64,000 nucleotides of DNA from Bacillota bacterium (GTDB taxonomy: Bacteria > Bacillota > Limnochordia > Darwinibacteriales > JAAYFS01): the NCBI GenBank assembly GCA_012728115.1, contig JAAYFS010000014.1, forward strand, positions 2,279 through 66,278. Reading direction: 5' to 3'. The translations under genes were made by a program, and so were the position numbers. Below the pieces are notes generated by a model. The model searched no databases, was not told where the DNA came from, and saw only the letters and a list, made by a program, of their open reading frames with translations. Below, piece after piece: positions 42,252 through 52,158 of this stretch. Position 1 is the stretch's first letter, and the number at the start of each line of letters is the position of its first letter.

Positions 42252-43506
42252 TGGATCTGTTTTTCGAAATGGACGGATCAGAAAAGAAGATATATTGATC
42301 AACGACGGAATTATTGTTGCTTTTAATGATGACGCTAGGCACAGACTAAGCAATGAGAAAGAAGTGAAAATTCTAGATTTAGATGGCCTATTAGTTTCGC
42401 ATGGTTTTATCGATCTCCATGTTCATCTGCGGGAGCCTGGTGGCGAGAGCAAGGAGACTATTTTAACGGGTACTAAAGCGGCAGCAAGAGGCGGTTTTAC
42501 TTCGGTTTTTGCCATGCCAAATACCACACCTAGCTTTGATTCGGTTGAGGTAATCCAAGATTTCTTTAGTAGATGTGCTAAGGACGCAGCCGTTAAGGTT
42601 CACCCGATTGCAAGCCTCAGCATGGGTCGCAAAGGTAAGCAAGTGGTTGATTATCAAGCATTAAAAGAACTTGGGATAAATCATTTTTCTGATGATGGGG
42701 ATCCGTTATCGGATGAGATTATCAAAGAAGCAATGGATTTACTAAAAAGTACGGGTGGCGTGTTAATTAACCATCTTGAAGATAAGAGCATAACACAAGG
42801 TGGAATGTTTGCAGATCGGATTCCCGCTGAAAGCGAATATTTAATGCTCGAGCGAGATTTGAAGATGGTTTCGGAAACAGGGTGTGCGTATCATGCAGCA
42901 CACCTTAGTTGTATCGAATCTGTTGAGCTGATTAAAAAAGCTAAGCAAAAGGGTTTGCCAGTAACTGCGGAAGTTACCCCGCATCATTTAGTATTAACTA
43001 TCGATGATATTGGTTTCCCCAAAGGAAACTTCCAGATGAAACCGCCATTAAGAACCAAGAATGATCAAGTAGCTTTAATAAATGGCCTTAAAACGGGAGT
43101 AATCGATGCGATCGCGACCGACCATGCTCCTCATGGCGAAGAGAAGAAAAAGGAGTTTTCTAGTAACTCCCCCTTTGGGATAACGGGATTGGAAACTGCT
43201 TTTCCAATTCTTTATACGAAATTGGTACTATCAGGAAAACTGACCTTAGTTCAGTTGCTGGAGAGTTTAACTGACAAACCAGCTCAAATAGGCCGAATAA
43301 ATGGGGAATTGAAGGTAGGAGAACCTGCGGATCTTGTAGTGATAGACTTGAAATCTGAAAGAACGGTTAAAGAAGAAGATTTCCTTAGTAAGGGTAAGAA
43401 CTCACCCTTCATTGGTTTAACATTGACGGGTTGGCCCTTGCTAACTTTGGTAAATGGCGAGGTGAAGTATGATGAAGGTGTTGATACTCGGATCTGGTCC
43501 AATTGA
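42229..43506 (+). CDS. pyrC: Dihydroorotase (class I)
   Basis: DLHVHLREPG, AMPNT, FSDDG, AEVTPHH, KPPLR, ATDHAPH. Confidence 0.95.
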   Translation: MGTLFLRNGSVFRNGRIRKEDILINDGIIVAFNDDARHRLSNEKEVKILDLDGLLVSHGFIDLHVHLREPGGESKETILTGTKAAARGGFTSVFAMPNTTPSFDSVEVIQDFFSRCAKDAAVKVHPIASLSMGRKGKQVVDYQALKELGINHFSDDGDPLSDEIIKEAMDLLKSTGGVLINHLEDKSITQGGMFADRIPAESEYLMLERDLKMVSETGCAYHAAHLSCIESVELIKKAKQKGLPVTAEVTPHHLVLTIDDIGFPKGNFQMKPPLRTKNDQVALINGLKTGVIDAIATDHAPHGEEKKKEFSSNSPFGITGLETAFPILYTKLVLSGKLTLVQLLESLTDKPAQIGRINGELKVGEPADLVVIDLKSERTVKEEDFLSKGKNSPFIGLTLTGWPLLTLVNGEVKYDEGVDTRIWSN

Positions 43507-46500
43507 AATAGGGCAAGCGGCAGAATTTGATTATGCGGGAACACAAGCTTGTCAAGCCTTGCTGGAAGAGGGTGTGGAAGTAGTTTTATTAAACAGTAAT
43601 CCAGCGACGATTATGACGGACCCGAAAATGGCTGGAAGGGTATATATTGAACCGCTGACCATCGATGTGGTGAGAAAGATCATTCGCCTAGAAAAACCCG
43701 ATGGCATCTTAGCTACAACAGGTGGGCAAACAGGCTTGAACCTTGCCCGTGAGTTAGCTGAGGCTGGTGTGTTAGAACAAGAAGGTGTAAAGATTCTAGG
43801 TACTGATATAACAGCGATTCAGCGTGGAGAAGACCGCAGTGAGTTTCGTAAGTTAATGCAGGAACTAGGCCAACCGATTCCCGAAAGCACGATCGTTACC
43901 AAAGTAGAAGAGGCGATTGCTTTTGCTGAAAACATTGGCTTTCCTGTGGTAGTTCGCCCAGCTTTTACTCTTGGCGGCTCAGGTGGAGGTGTAGTTGAGA
44001 ATATCGATGAGTTAAAGGAACGGGTAAGGATCGGTTTGCAATTAAGCCCGATCAAACAAGTCCTTCTTGAACAGAGTATCGCTGGAATGCGCGAGGTTGA
44101 ATACGAAGTATTACGTGATAGTGAAGGTAATACCTTGATAGTTTGTGAGATGGAGAATATCGATCCTGTAGGAGTTCATACAGGGGATAGCATAGTGGTT
44201 GCACCAGCATTAACTTTAAGCAACCAAGAAAAGCAGCTTTTGGAACTAGCAGCACTGAAAATTGTTGAATCCTTGAATGTTGTTGGAAGTTGTAATGTGC
44301 AATTTGCCCTCGGCCGCAATTTAGATTACTACGTGATTGAAGTTAACCCGCGCGTCAGCCGTTCTTCAGCTTTAGCGTCAAAAGCAACGGGATATCCGAT
44401 CGCCAGAGTCGCAGCTAAGATTGCGATCGGGAAAACTTTGATTGAGCAAGATGCATTTAAGAGACCAAATTTAGATTATGTGGTCACTAAGATTCCGCGC
44501 TGGCCATTTGACAAATTCCCAACCGCTAATCGTTTACTAGGTACTCAAATGAAGGCAACGGGTGAAGTAATGGCGATTGGGCGAACCTTTACCGAATCAT
44601 TACAAAAAGCGATCCGTTCCTTGGAACTGGATAATATTTCTTTACTTCATCCCGAAGCACGCTTTTTAAGTGAAGAAGAACTTATTAAACGTCTCATTAG
44701 ACCTGATGATATGCGGATTCATTTGCTTGCTGAATTCTTGCGGCGGGGTGGAAGTGTAGAAGAACTCGTAAACCTTACCAACATTCATCCATTTTTTCTC
44801 CATGAGATCGATCGCTTAGTAAAGTTTTTTTTAGAGCTTTGTTCCCAAGAAGAACTAAATCGTGATCTACTAAGAGAAGCGAAAAGATTGGGCTTTAGTG
44901 ATGAGATCATCGGTGAAGCCGTGGGGTTAGAAGTGAAAACAATAAGAGATTTCCGAGTCAAATGGGGAATTAGACCAAGTTTTTGTAAGGTTGATGCGGG
45001 TATATTGCCTTATTACTACTCAACTTACAATAAAGAGAATGAAGTTGTATTAGATCGAAGCAAACAAACGGTGATAGTGTTAGGAAGTGGTCCTATTAGG
45101 ATCGGACAAGGAATTGAATTCGATTTTTCCACTGTTCATGCTGCTTGGACTATTAGGGACAAAGGTTATGCCGCGGTGATAATTAACAACAACCCTGAAA
45201 CAGTGTCTACTGATTACTTCACATCCGATCGTTTATATTTCGAACCTTTAGTTGAGGAAGACGTTTGGGAAGTTATCCAATTTGAAAACCCAGAGGGTGT
45301 ACTTGTTCAATTTGGTGGACAAACAGCAATTAACCTGGTACGTTTTCTAGAAAATGAACAAATTGCAATCAAGGGAACTACCGCTGAGAATACTTTCGGT
45401 ATGGAAGATCGGAAACGTTTTGATAAAGCGATGGAAACGCTTGAAATTCCGCGCCCAGCAGGATATACAGCAGATACTATCGATGAAGCTTTTAAAATTG
45501 CCGAAAAGATCAACTATCCAGTTGTTGTGCGACCTTCCTTTGTACTTGGGGGAAGGGGAATGGAAGTTGTCGGAAATCAAGCGAGTTTAAGAGAATACTT
45601 AACTGGGCTGAGGATTACACAAGAGGCACCACTTTTAATCGATAGTTATATTGCTGGGCTTGAGGTGGAGCTTGATGCAATTAGTGATGGAGAAGATGTG
45701 TTTATCCCTGGCGTGATGGAACATTTAGAGCGTGCAGGGGTTCATTCAGGTGACTCCATTGCGGTATTTCCTAGCCAGAACCTATCAGCGGATACTTTAG
45801 CTTTGATTGCGGACTATACCAAGCGCATCGCAAACTATTTTCAAGTGAAAGGATTCTTAAATATCCAATTCGTTATCGCTAACAATACTGTATATGTGCT
45901 GGAAGTTAATCCACGGTCATCACGTACTATTCCATTTTTGAGCAAAGTTACAGGAATTTCATTAGCCGAACTAGCAACTAGAGTGGTTTTAGGCGAAAAA
46001 TTGTCAGAACTAGGTTATGTTGGACTTAGACAATTTACTGACGAGATTATTTCAGTGAAGGTACCTGTCTTTTCTTTTGCCAAACTACTGGATACGGAGA
46101 TCAACCTTGGACCAGAAATGAAGTCTACTGGTGAAGTAATGGGACGAGCTAAGAATCTTGCTCAAGCTTTGTATAAAGGTTTTATCGCAGCCAAAGTTCC
46201 AGTCAATTACCATGGGAAAGCATTAGTTACTGTAGCTGATAAAGACAAAGCAGAGATCGTTGAGTTGGCAAGAGCTCTTGATCGCCAAGGTTTTGATATT
46301 TATGCTACCGAAGGAACGTGTAAAACGCTTCAAGCAGCTGGAATTACCTGTAAGCAGGTTGTTAAATTGCAGGAAGGGTCAACTATCTTAGATTTAATCC
46401 AACAAGGGGAAGTGAATTTGGTGATCAACACCATCACGCATGGTAAGCAACCGCAACGTGATGGATTTAAAATTCGAAGAGCAGCTGTTGAAAGTGGGGT

Positions 46501-46597
46501 TTTATGTTTTACATCCTTGGATACAGCCAGAGCGTACTTAGATGTTGTTGCTGACCGAGATTTATGGTTAGAACCGATTGTTTCTGAGAGGAGATAA
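43469..46597 (+). CDS. carB: Carbamoyl-phosphate synthase large subunit
   Basis: GSGPIEIGQAAEFDY, two ATP-grasp units (RPAFTLGG, GVHTGDS, EVNPRVSRSS; RPSFVLGG, GVHSGDS, EVNPRSSRT), C-terminal MGS-like domain. Confidence 0.96.
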   Translation: MMKVLILGSGPIEIGQAAEFDYAGTQACQALLEEGVEVVLLNSNPATIMTDPKMAGRVYIEPLTIDVVRKIIRLEKPDGILATTGGQTGLNLARELAEAGVLEQEGVKILGTDITAIQRGEDRSEFRKLMQELGQPIPESTIVTKVEEAIAFAENIGFPVVVRPAFTLGGSGGGVVENIDELKERVRIGLQLSPIKQVLLEQSIAGMREVEYEVLRDSEGNTLIVCEMENIDPVGVHTGDSIVVAPALTLSNQEKQLLELAALKIVESLNVVGSCNVQFALGRNLDYYVIEVNPRVSRSSALASKATGYPIARVAAKIAIGKTLIEQDAFKRPNLDYVVTKIPRWPFDKFPTANRLLGTQMKATGEVMAIGRTFTESLQKAIRSLELDNISLLHPEARFLSEEELIKRLIRPDDMRIHLLAEFLRRGGSVEELVNLTNIHPFFLHEIDRLVKFFLELCSQEELNRDLLREAKRLGFSDEIIGEAVGLEVKTIRDFRVKWGIRPSFCKVDAGILPYYYSTYNKENEVVLDRSKQTVIVLGSGPIRIGQGIEFDFSTVHAAWTIRDKGYAAVIINNNPETVSTDYFTSDRLYFEPLVEEDVWEVIQFENPEGVLVQFGGQTAINLVRFLENEQIAIKGTTAENTFGMEDRKRFDKAMETLEIPRPAGYTADTIDEAFKIAEKINYPVVVRPSFVLGGRGMEVVGNQASLREYLTGLRITQEAPLLIDSYIAGLEVELDAISDGEDVFIPGVMEHLERAGVHSGDSIAVFPSQNLSADTLALIADYTKRIANYFQVKGFLNIQFVIANNTVYVLEVNPRSSRTIPFLSKVTGISLAELATRVVLGEKLSELGYVGLRQFTDEIISVKVPVFSFAKLLDTEINLGPEMKSTGEVMGRAKNLAQALYKGFIAAKVPVNYHGKALVTVADKDKAEIVELARALDRQGFDIYATEGTCKTLQAAGITCKQVVKLQEGSTILDLIQQGEVNLVINTITHGKQPQRDGFKIRRAAVESGVLCFTSLDTARAYLDVVADRDLWLEPIVSERR

Positions 46598-46600
46598 GCT

Positions 46601-47344
46601 ATGCTTTTGCATGTGTCAGAGAATAAAGAAGTAGCTAAGGGAATCTGGGAAATGCACTTAAGCGGTGATTTTCCTTTTGAAAATGTGCAGCCAGGGCAAT
46701 TTATCCATATCCTTATTGGTTCGGGACGGGAACATGTGCTTCGAAGGCCGATCAGTATCGCTGCGATCGAGGCTGAGAAAGAGACGTTAGTAATCGTTTT
46801 TAGGGTAGTTGGAGAAGGAACGGATTGGCTAGCTAAGAGAGTAGAAGGAGATGTACTAGACGTTTTAGGACCATTAGGAACTGGGTTTCCGCTTACTACC
46901 AAGCAAAAGATTCTAATTGTGGGTGGTGGAATAGGAGTTCCACCTCTTTATGAGTTAATTAAAAGGCTATGGCAACAGGGAAATGAAATTTATTGCTTAC
47001 TTGGATTTAGAAATAGTGACGATGTTTTTTGGGTAGAAAAATTTAAGGAGTATGGCACTGTAACTACTTACACCGATGATGGTTCGTTTGGTGAAAAAGG
47101 TCTGGTTACACAAAGAATTGCGGAAGACTTTTTAGAAAAAAACTGGAGCAATGTTTATGCCTGTGGACCAGTTCCGATGTTAAAAGAACTGAAAGGCATC
47201 GTAGCTAATTTTAGTGTCGAGGGTTATTTCTCTTTAGAAGAAAGAATGGCCTGTGGTGTCGGAGCTTGTTATGGATGTGTATGTAATAATCAGCGGGTTT
47301 GTGTCGAAGGTCCTGTGTTTCCAATGCGGGAGGTGGTTTTATAA
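46601..47344 (+). CDS. pyrK: Dihydroorotate dehydrogenase electron transfer subunit
   Basis: PGQF, LRRPISI, GPLG, GGGIG, ACGP, EERMACGVGACYGC. Confidence 0.95.
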   Translation: MLLHVSENKEVAKGIWEMHLSGDFPFENVQPGQFIHILIGSGREHVLRRPISIAAIEAEKETLVIVFRVVGEGTDWLAKRVEGDVLDVLGPLGTGFPLTTKQKILIVGGGIGVPPLYELIKRLWQQGNEIYCLLGFRNSDDVFWVEKFKEYGTVTTYTDDGSFGEKGLVTQRIAEDFLEKNWSNVYACGPVPMLKELKGIVANFSVEGYFSLEERMACGVGACYGCVCNNQRVCVEGPVFPMREVVL

Positions 47345-48252
47345 TGCAAGTAGATTTTGCAGGCATAAAGTTAAAAAATCCTGTGATGCCCGCTTCAGGT
47401 TGTTTTGGTTATGGAAAAGAGTATGCAAAATACTATGATTTAAGTGAGTTAGGTGCCATAATCGTCAAAGCAACTACCGTTAGCCCACGCCTTGGCAATC
47501 CCACCCCAAGAGTAGCAGAAGTTTGTGCTGGAATGCTTAACTCGATCGGTTTGGCCAATCCTGGAGTTGATCAGGTGGTAAAAAAGGAACTACCTTGGCT
47601 TAGACAATTCGAACTACCAATCATAGTTAATGTGGCTGGAGATACAGTTGAGGATTATTGCTTTGTCACCGAAAAGCTTTGTCAATCTGGCTTGGTGGAT
47701 GCCATCGAGCTTAATGTTTCTTGTCCAAATGTAGAACAGGGTGGCATGGCATTTGGCGTAGATGCAGGTGTTCTTGCTGAGTTAACGACCGCGGTAAAAA
47801 AGGTTTGTAGTGTTCCTTTAATCGTTAAGCTATCGCCGAATGTATCTGATATCGTTCAGATTGCTCAAGCTGCCGAGGCTGCTGGGGCAGATGCTCTGAG
47901 TTTAATAAACACCTTGGTGGGGATGAAGATAGATCTTATGTCTCGGAAGCCCATTTTAGCTCGTGGTGTAGGTGGGTTATCTGGACCTGCGATTAAGTCG
48001 GTGGCTGTAAGAATGGTGTACCAGGTATACAAGGCAGTAAAGATCCCGATCTTGGGTGTTGGTGGGATCACCACTGGTTTAGATGCGATTGAATTTATTA
48101 TGGCAGGCGCTACTGCTGTTTCAGTGGGAACAGCAAACTTTACGGATCCATATGCCTGTCCTCGAATTATTAAAGAAATTAAAGCCTACATGGAAAAGGA
48201 AGGAATTAAAGACCTTAGTGAGATCAGGGGGTGTGCACATGTACTCAGCTAA
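47344..48252 (+). CDS. pyrD: Dihydroorotate dehydrogenase class 1B
   Basis: ASGCFG, GNPTPR, MLNSIGLANPG, NVSCPN, KLSPN, INT, GGLSGPA. Confidence 0.96.
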   Translation: MQVDFAGIKLKNPVMPASGCFGYGKEYAKYYDLSELGAIIVKATTVSPRLGNPTPRVAEVCAGMLNSIGLANPGVDQVVKKELPWLRQFELPIIVNVAGDTVEDYCFVTEKLCQSGLVDAIELNVSCPNVEQGGMAFGVDAGVLAELTTAVKKVCSVPLIVKLSPNVSDIVQIAQAAEAAGADALSLINTLVGMKIDLMSRKPILARGVGGLSGPAIKSVAVRMVYQVYKAVKIPILGVGGITTGLDAIEFIMAGATAVSVGTANFTDPYACPRIIKEIKAYMEKEGIKDLSEIRGCAHVLS

Positions 48253-48949
48253 TGAACGAGTAATTCTTGCACTTGATGTTTCATCGAAGCAGGAAGCGTT
48301 GAAGGTAGTGAAAGGGTTATTACCAGAGTTAAGATTTGTGAAGGTCGGGATGGAGTTATTTTTTTCCGTGGGACCTGATCTTATTCATCACTTGAAAGAC
48401 CTTGGCTTAAAGATTTTTATCGACTTAAAGGTTCATGATATTCCTAATACCGCCTATAATGCGGTTCGAAGTCTAAATGGATTGGGGTGCGATATCATCA
48501 ATGTCCATTGTGCTGGTGGATTAACGATGATGAAAAGAGCAAGAGAAGCTATTTCAGAAGATACCAAGTTGATTGGGGTAACTCAATTAACTAGTACTGA
48601 CCAATCGATGTTGAATACGGAGCTTGGAATTGCGGGTTCTGTTACCGATAGTGTGCTTAACCTTGCTCGATTAGCAAAGGAAGCAGGGTTACATGGAGTA
48701 GTCTGTTCGCCACAGGAGGTTGAGCTTTTAAAGGCTGAACTTGGAAAAGAGTTCTTAGCAGTCACTCCTGGAGTAAGACCATTAGGTGAGGATACTCAAG
48801 ATCAGAAACGAGTGATGACGCCAAAGAAAGCGATTCAAGCAGGAAGTGATTATTTAGTTATCGGAAGACCTATCTTAAAGAGCGATAATCCGCTAAGAGC
48901 ATTTAGGGACATTGTTGCACAGATTCAGGAGGTTGATAGCGGTGAATAA
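48239..48949 (+). CDS. pyrF: Orotidine 5'-phosphate decarboxylase
   Basis: VILALD, VKVG, DLKVHDIPNT, VTQLTS, TPGVR, QKR, VIGR. Confidence 0.96.
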   Translation: MYSANERVILALDVSSKQEALKVVKGLLPELRFVKVGMELFFSVGPDLIHHLKDLGLKIFIDLKVHDIPNTAYNAVRSLNGLGCDIINVHCAGGLTMMKRAREAISEDTKLIGVTQLTSTDQSMLNTELGIAGSVTDSVLNLARLAKEAGLHGVVCSPQEVELLKAELGKEFLAVTPGVRPLGEDTQDQKRVMTPKKAIQAGSDYLVIGRPILKSDNPLRAFRDIVAQIQEVDSGE

Positions 48950-49505
48950 GAATGAGTTATTAGACCTATTTAAAGAGATCGGGGTGTTAAAAACAGGTCA
49001 TTTTCGCTTAACGAGTGGACTACATAGTGAATATTACTTGCAATGTGCGACGATTTTTGAAAATCCGAGAATCGCTGAAAAGATCATTGCTCAATTACAG
49101 CCGATTTTACCCCCAGATGTGACAACAGTTGTAGCACCAGCGATCGGTGGAATAACGATGGGTTATGAAGTTGCTAGATTATTGGGAGCACGCTCGATTT
49201 TTGCTGAGAGACAAGATGGTGTAATGACTCTCCGACGAGGTTTTTCGTTATCTCCTGATGAAAAAGTGTTAGTAGCCGAAGATGTGGTAACTACAGGTGG
49301 TTCGGTGAAGGAAGTATTAGAAATCGTTCGTTTCCATGGTTGCGAGATTGTTGGGGTAACTTCGGTAGTGGATCGTAGTAATGGGAAAGTGGATTTTGGG
49401 GTGCCTTTCTATCCATTAATTAAAATGGAGGTTCAAACCTTTACCCAGGAAGAATGTCCATTATGTGCACAAAATATACCGATTACTAAGCCTGGAAGCA
49501 GGTAA
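48942..49505 (+). CDS. pyrE: Orotate phosphoribosyltransferase
   Basis: GHFRLTSGLHS, AEDVVTTGGS. Confidence 0.95.
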   Translation: MNKNELLDLFKEIGVLKTGHFRLTSGLHSEYYLQCATIFENPRIAEKIIAQLQPILPPDVTTVVAPAIGGITMGYEVARLLGARSIFAERQDGVMTLRRGFSLSPDEKVLVAEDVVTTGGSVKEVLEIVRFHGCEIVGVTSVVDRSNGKVDFGVPFYPLIKMEVQTFTQEECPLCAQNIPITKPGSR

Positions 49506-49610
49506 TGGATAGCCATTAGCAGATGTGAGGTACTGGGTTGCAGGTTTTCGTTTGTTCGATGCCGAAAGAGGATTACTTAGGAATTTGATTAAAGGTGAGG
49601 ATAATAGACT

Positions 49611-50516
49611 GTGGATGGAAAAGCGGTATTCGAACAAGTTTTGATCCTGTTTTTAGTAATGTTAGTAGGACTTTATGCTCGCAAAAGAGATATTATCGGA
49701 GAGGGTTTAAGTAAGAGTCTTTCGGCTTTAATCTTAAAAATTACCATGCCCTTTACGATAATAGTCTCTTTTCACTTTGATTTTTCCAAGGAAATGGCTG
49801 TAAATTCCGCTGTTTTATTTGGAGTGGCATTGGGAATTCATTTTCTTTCGGTGTTACTTGGTACTGTCCTGTACCACAAATATCCTACACAGAAAAGAAA
49901 TGTGTTAAAATTTATCACCATTTTTTCCAACTGTGCTTTTATGGGCTTCCCAGTACTGGATAGCATTTATGGTAGGATTGGGATTTTTTATGCTTCGATT
50001 TATGTAATGACTTTTAATATTTTTGTTTGGACATATGGAATAATGCTTTTTAGTGAGGATGGACAGAAAGATTTAAAAAAGGCGTTTCTTAATCCAGGGA
50101 TTCTTTCAGTGGGCATCGGCTTAGTGATATTTCTTTTCTCTATCCAATTACCACGTCCAATTTTACAAATATTAGAGATGGTCGGGTCGTTGACTTCACC
50201 GTTAGCAATGATGATCGTCGGAGCGTTATTAGCTGAGGTTAGTTTGAAGGAATTATTTGCTGATTTTCTGATCTATTATGGAACCTTTATTCGGCTTATC
50301 GTTATCCCCGTTATTTCCTTACTCATTCTCAATTTATTTAAACTACCAGAGATAATAGTAAACGTGAGCGTGATTCTCTCTGCGATGCCAGCTGCTGCTA
50401 ACACCGCTATTTTTGCGGAAACTTATCAGGCAGATTCGCTATTTGCTTCACGGATCATTGCGATTTCAACGTTGTTTTCGTTACTTACGATTCCACTGAT
50501 TATACTTTTTATCTAA
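49611..50516 (+). CDS. AEC (auxin efflux carrier)-family transporter
   Basis: 10 TM; FSNCAFMGFP, MPAAANTAIFAE. Confidence 0.9.
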   Translation: MDGKAVFEQVLILFLVMLVGLYARKRDIIGEGLSKSLSALILKITMPFTIIVSFHFDFSKEMAVNSAVLFGVALGIHFLSVLLGTVLYHKYPTQKRNVLKFITIFSNCAFMGFPVLDSIYGRIGIFYASIYVMTFNIFVWTYGIMLFSEDGQKDLKKAFLNPGILSVGIGLVIFLFSIQLPRPILQILEMVGSLTSPLAMMIVGALLAEVSLKELFADFLIYYGTFIRLIVIPVISLLILNLFKLPEIIVNVSVILSAMPAAANTAIFAETYQADSLFASRIIAISTLFSLLTIPLIILFI

Positions 50517-50530
50517 AGGAAGGGGATATT

Positions 50531-50857
50531 ATGGAGCTATCATTTATAGAATATCAGAAAGAGGCTCGAAGAACGGCAAATACCAATTTAAGTGAGAGAA
50601 TGGTCTATGCGAACTTCGGGATGGGTTTGGCGGGAGAGTCAGGTGAGGTATGTGATTATCTAAAAAAAGTAGCTTTTCATGATCATGACCTTGACAAAGA
50701 AAAACTAGCGGATGAACTCGGAGATGTGCTTTGGTATATCGCAAATTTGGCTGAGGCAGCAGGTTTGTCTTTAGCAGATATTGCGGTTGGCAATATTGAA
50801 AAGTTAAGGAAACGTTATCCCGATGGCTTTGATCCAGCGCGTTCCAAAAATAGATAG
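50531..50857 (+). CDS. MazG-like NTP pyrophosphohydrolase
   Basis: GLAGESGEV, DELGDVLWY, NIEKLRKRY. Confidence 0.9.
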   Translation: MELSFIEYQKEARRTANTNLSERMVYANFGMGLAGESGEVCDYLKKVAFHDHDLDKEKLADELGDVLWYIANLAEAAGLSLADIAVGNIEKLRKRYPDGFDPARSKNR

Positions 50858-50868
50858 GAGGAATTGAT

Positions 50869-51396
50869 TTGGCAAATCCAATTGTGACAATTGAGATGGA
50901 GAATGGTAAGAGTATCAAGGTGGAACTTTATCCAGAAATCGCCCCGAATACAGTGAGAAATTTCGTTTCGTTAGTGAAAAAAGGATTCTACGACGGATTA
51001 ATCTTTCATCGTGTTATCCCAGGTTTTATGATTCAGGGAGGATGCCCTTCCAAGACTGGTACTGGTGGCCCAGGTTATTCAATCAAGGGTGAGTTCACCA
51101 GTAATGGTTTTAAAAACGATTTAAAACATACCAGGGGAGTAATTTCGATGGCTAGAACTTCCGATCCAGATTCAGCAGGTTCGCAGTTCTTTATTATGGT
51201 GGCGGATGCACCTCATCTTGATGATCATTATGCTGCCTTTGGGAAAGTTATCCAAGGTATAGAGGTAGCTGATGACATTGTATCGGTTGAGAGAAATCAC
51301 TATGATCGGCCATTTGAGGAACAAAGGATGGTTAAGGTGACAGTAGATTTATTCGAAGAGGACATTCCACAACCAGAGATTAATGAACACGAGTAA
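50869..51396 (+). CDS. Cyclophilin-type peptidyl-prolyl isomerase
   Basis: APNTVRNF, FHRVIPGFMIQGG, SMAR, AGSQFFI, AAFGKV. Confidence 0.95.
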   Translation: MANPIVTIEMENGKSIKVELYPEIAPNTVRNFVSLVKKGFYDGLIFHRVIPGFMIQGGCPSKTGTGGPGYSIKGEFTSNGFKNDLKHTRGVISMARTSDPDSAGSQFFIMVADAPHLDDHYAAFGKVIQGIEVADDIVSVERNHYDRPFEEQRMVKVTVDLFEEDIPQPEINEHE

Positions 51397-51461
51397 TGAT
51401 GATAACTGTAGGTAGATAGTTCAAGAGGCCCAAATCCAGGCCTCTTTATTTTATCTCTATC

Positions 51462-51980
51462 CTATTTGTTATTATTAATTCGTCTTTGGGCTGCTTGGTG
51501 CGTAGCTTCATATTTTGCTTCAAGTCTTTTCTTATTCAATCTAAGTGATAAGAGGATCCAACCTATTCCAAGCGGCCATAGCGATAGATAAATAATCCCA
51601 ACGATTTTTGACGCAGTTGTCAGTTCCTCGGGATTAATAAATTGGGCAACAAGAATTACGTACGTCATTACTAAGAAAAACCCAATGGAAAACGCACCTG
51701 CGGCAAAGTTATAGTTATCCGATGGCCAGAGAGCTTTGATGCCCAGATAAGCAAAGAATAAAGGCCAAAATCGAAAAACCATTTGAAATCCATCTATAGG
51801 AAGGATATTATATTGCTTTAATAGGTGTGTACCACCAAAAAAAGCGATCAGCGCACAGATCTTCAGAAAAATACCTTTCCAATCGATTCTTTTAAATCCT
51901 TCACGATCGGTTATTAGTTGCACGATTAGACCAGTGCCGATGATAAATGCTGCGAACATGATAATTCCGACAACTAGCAT
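51462..51980 (-). CDS. Hypothetical membrane protein
   Basis: GAGGAGG RBS + ATG 51980; about 5 hydrophobic helices; no recognised motif. Confidence 0.7.
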   Translation of the reverse strand: MLVVGIIMFAAFIIGTGLIVQLITDREGFKRIDWKGIFLKICALIAFFGGTHLLKQYNILPIDGFQMVFRFWPLFFAYLGIKALWPSDNYNFAAGAFSIGFFLVMTYVILVAQFINPEELTTASKIVGIIYLSLWPLGIGWILLSLRLNKKRLEAKYEATHQAAQRRINNNK

Positions 51981-52158
51981 TTTGTTGCCTCCTCTCGGAG
52001 TTGCGTGGAGTTTTGTTCTACTAGAATATAGCTTACTACAGTTTTTATGAAAGAACAATCACAAATCCCCTAAAAAACATTTCGGAATAATTAATAAAGT
52101 GTAAACATTTCAAAGGGAAATTGCGTTTTTTGTCTAATTTATCAGTGGAGGTGATAGT

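Noticed and set aside
46330-46902. 190-aa minus-strand ORF across carB/pyrK
   Set aside because: Antisense to two conserved genes; low-complexity Ser/Thr-rich translation typical of a shadow ORF
50544-50918. 124-aa minus-strand ORF over the MazG-like gene
   Set aside because: Antisense shadow with no recognisable features
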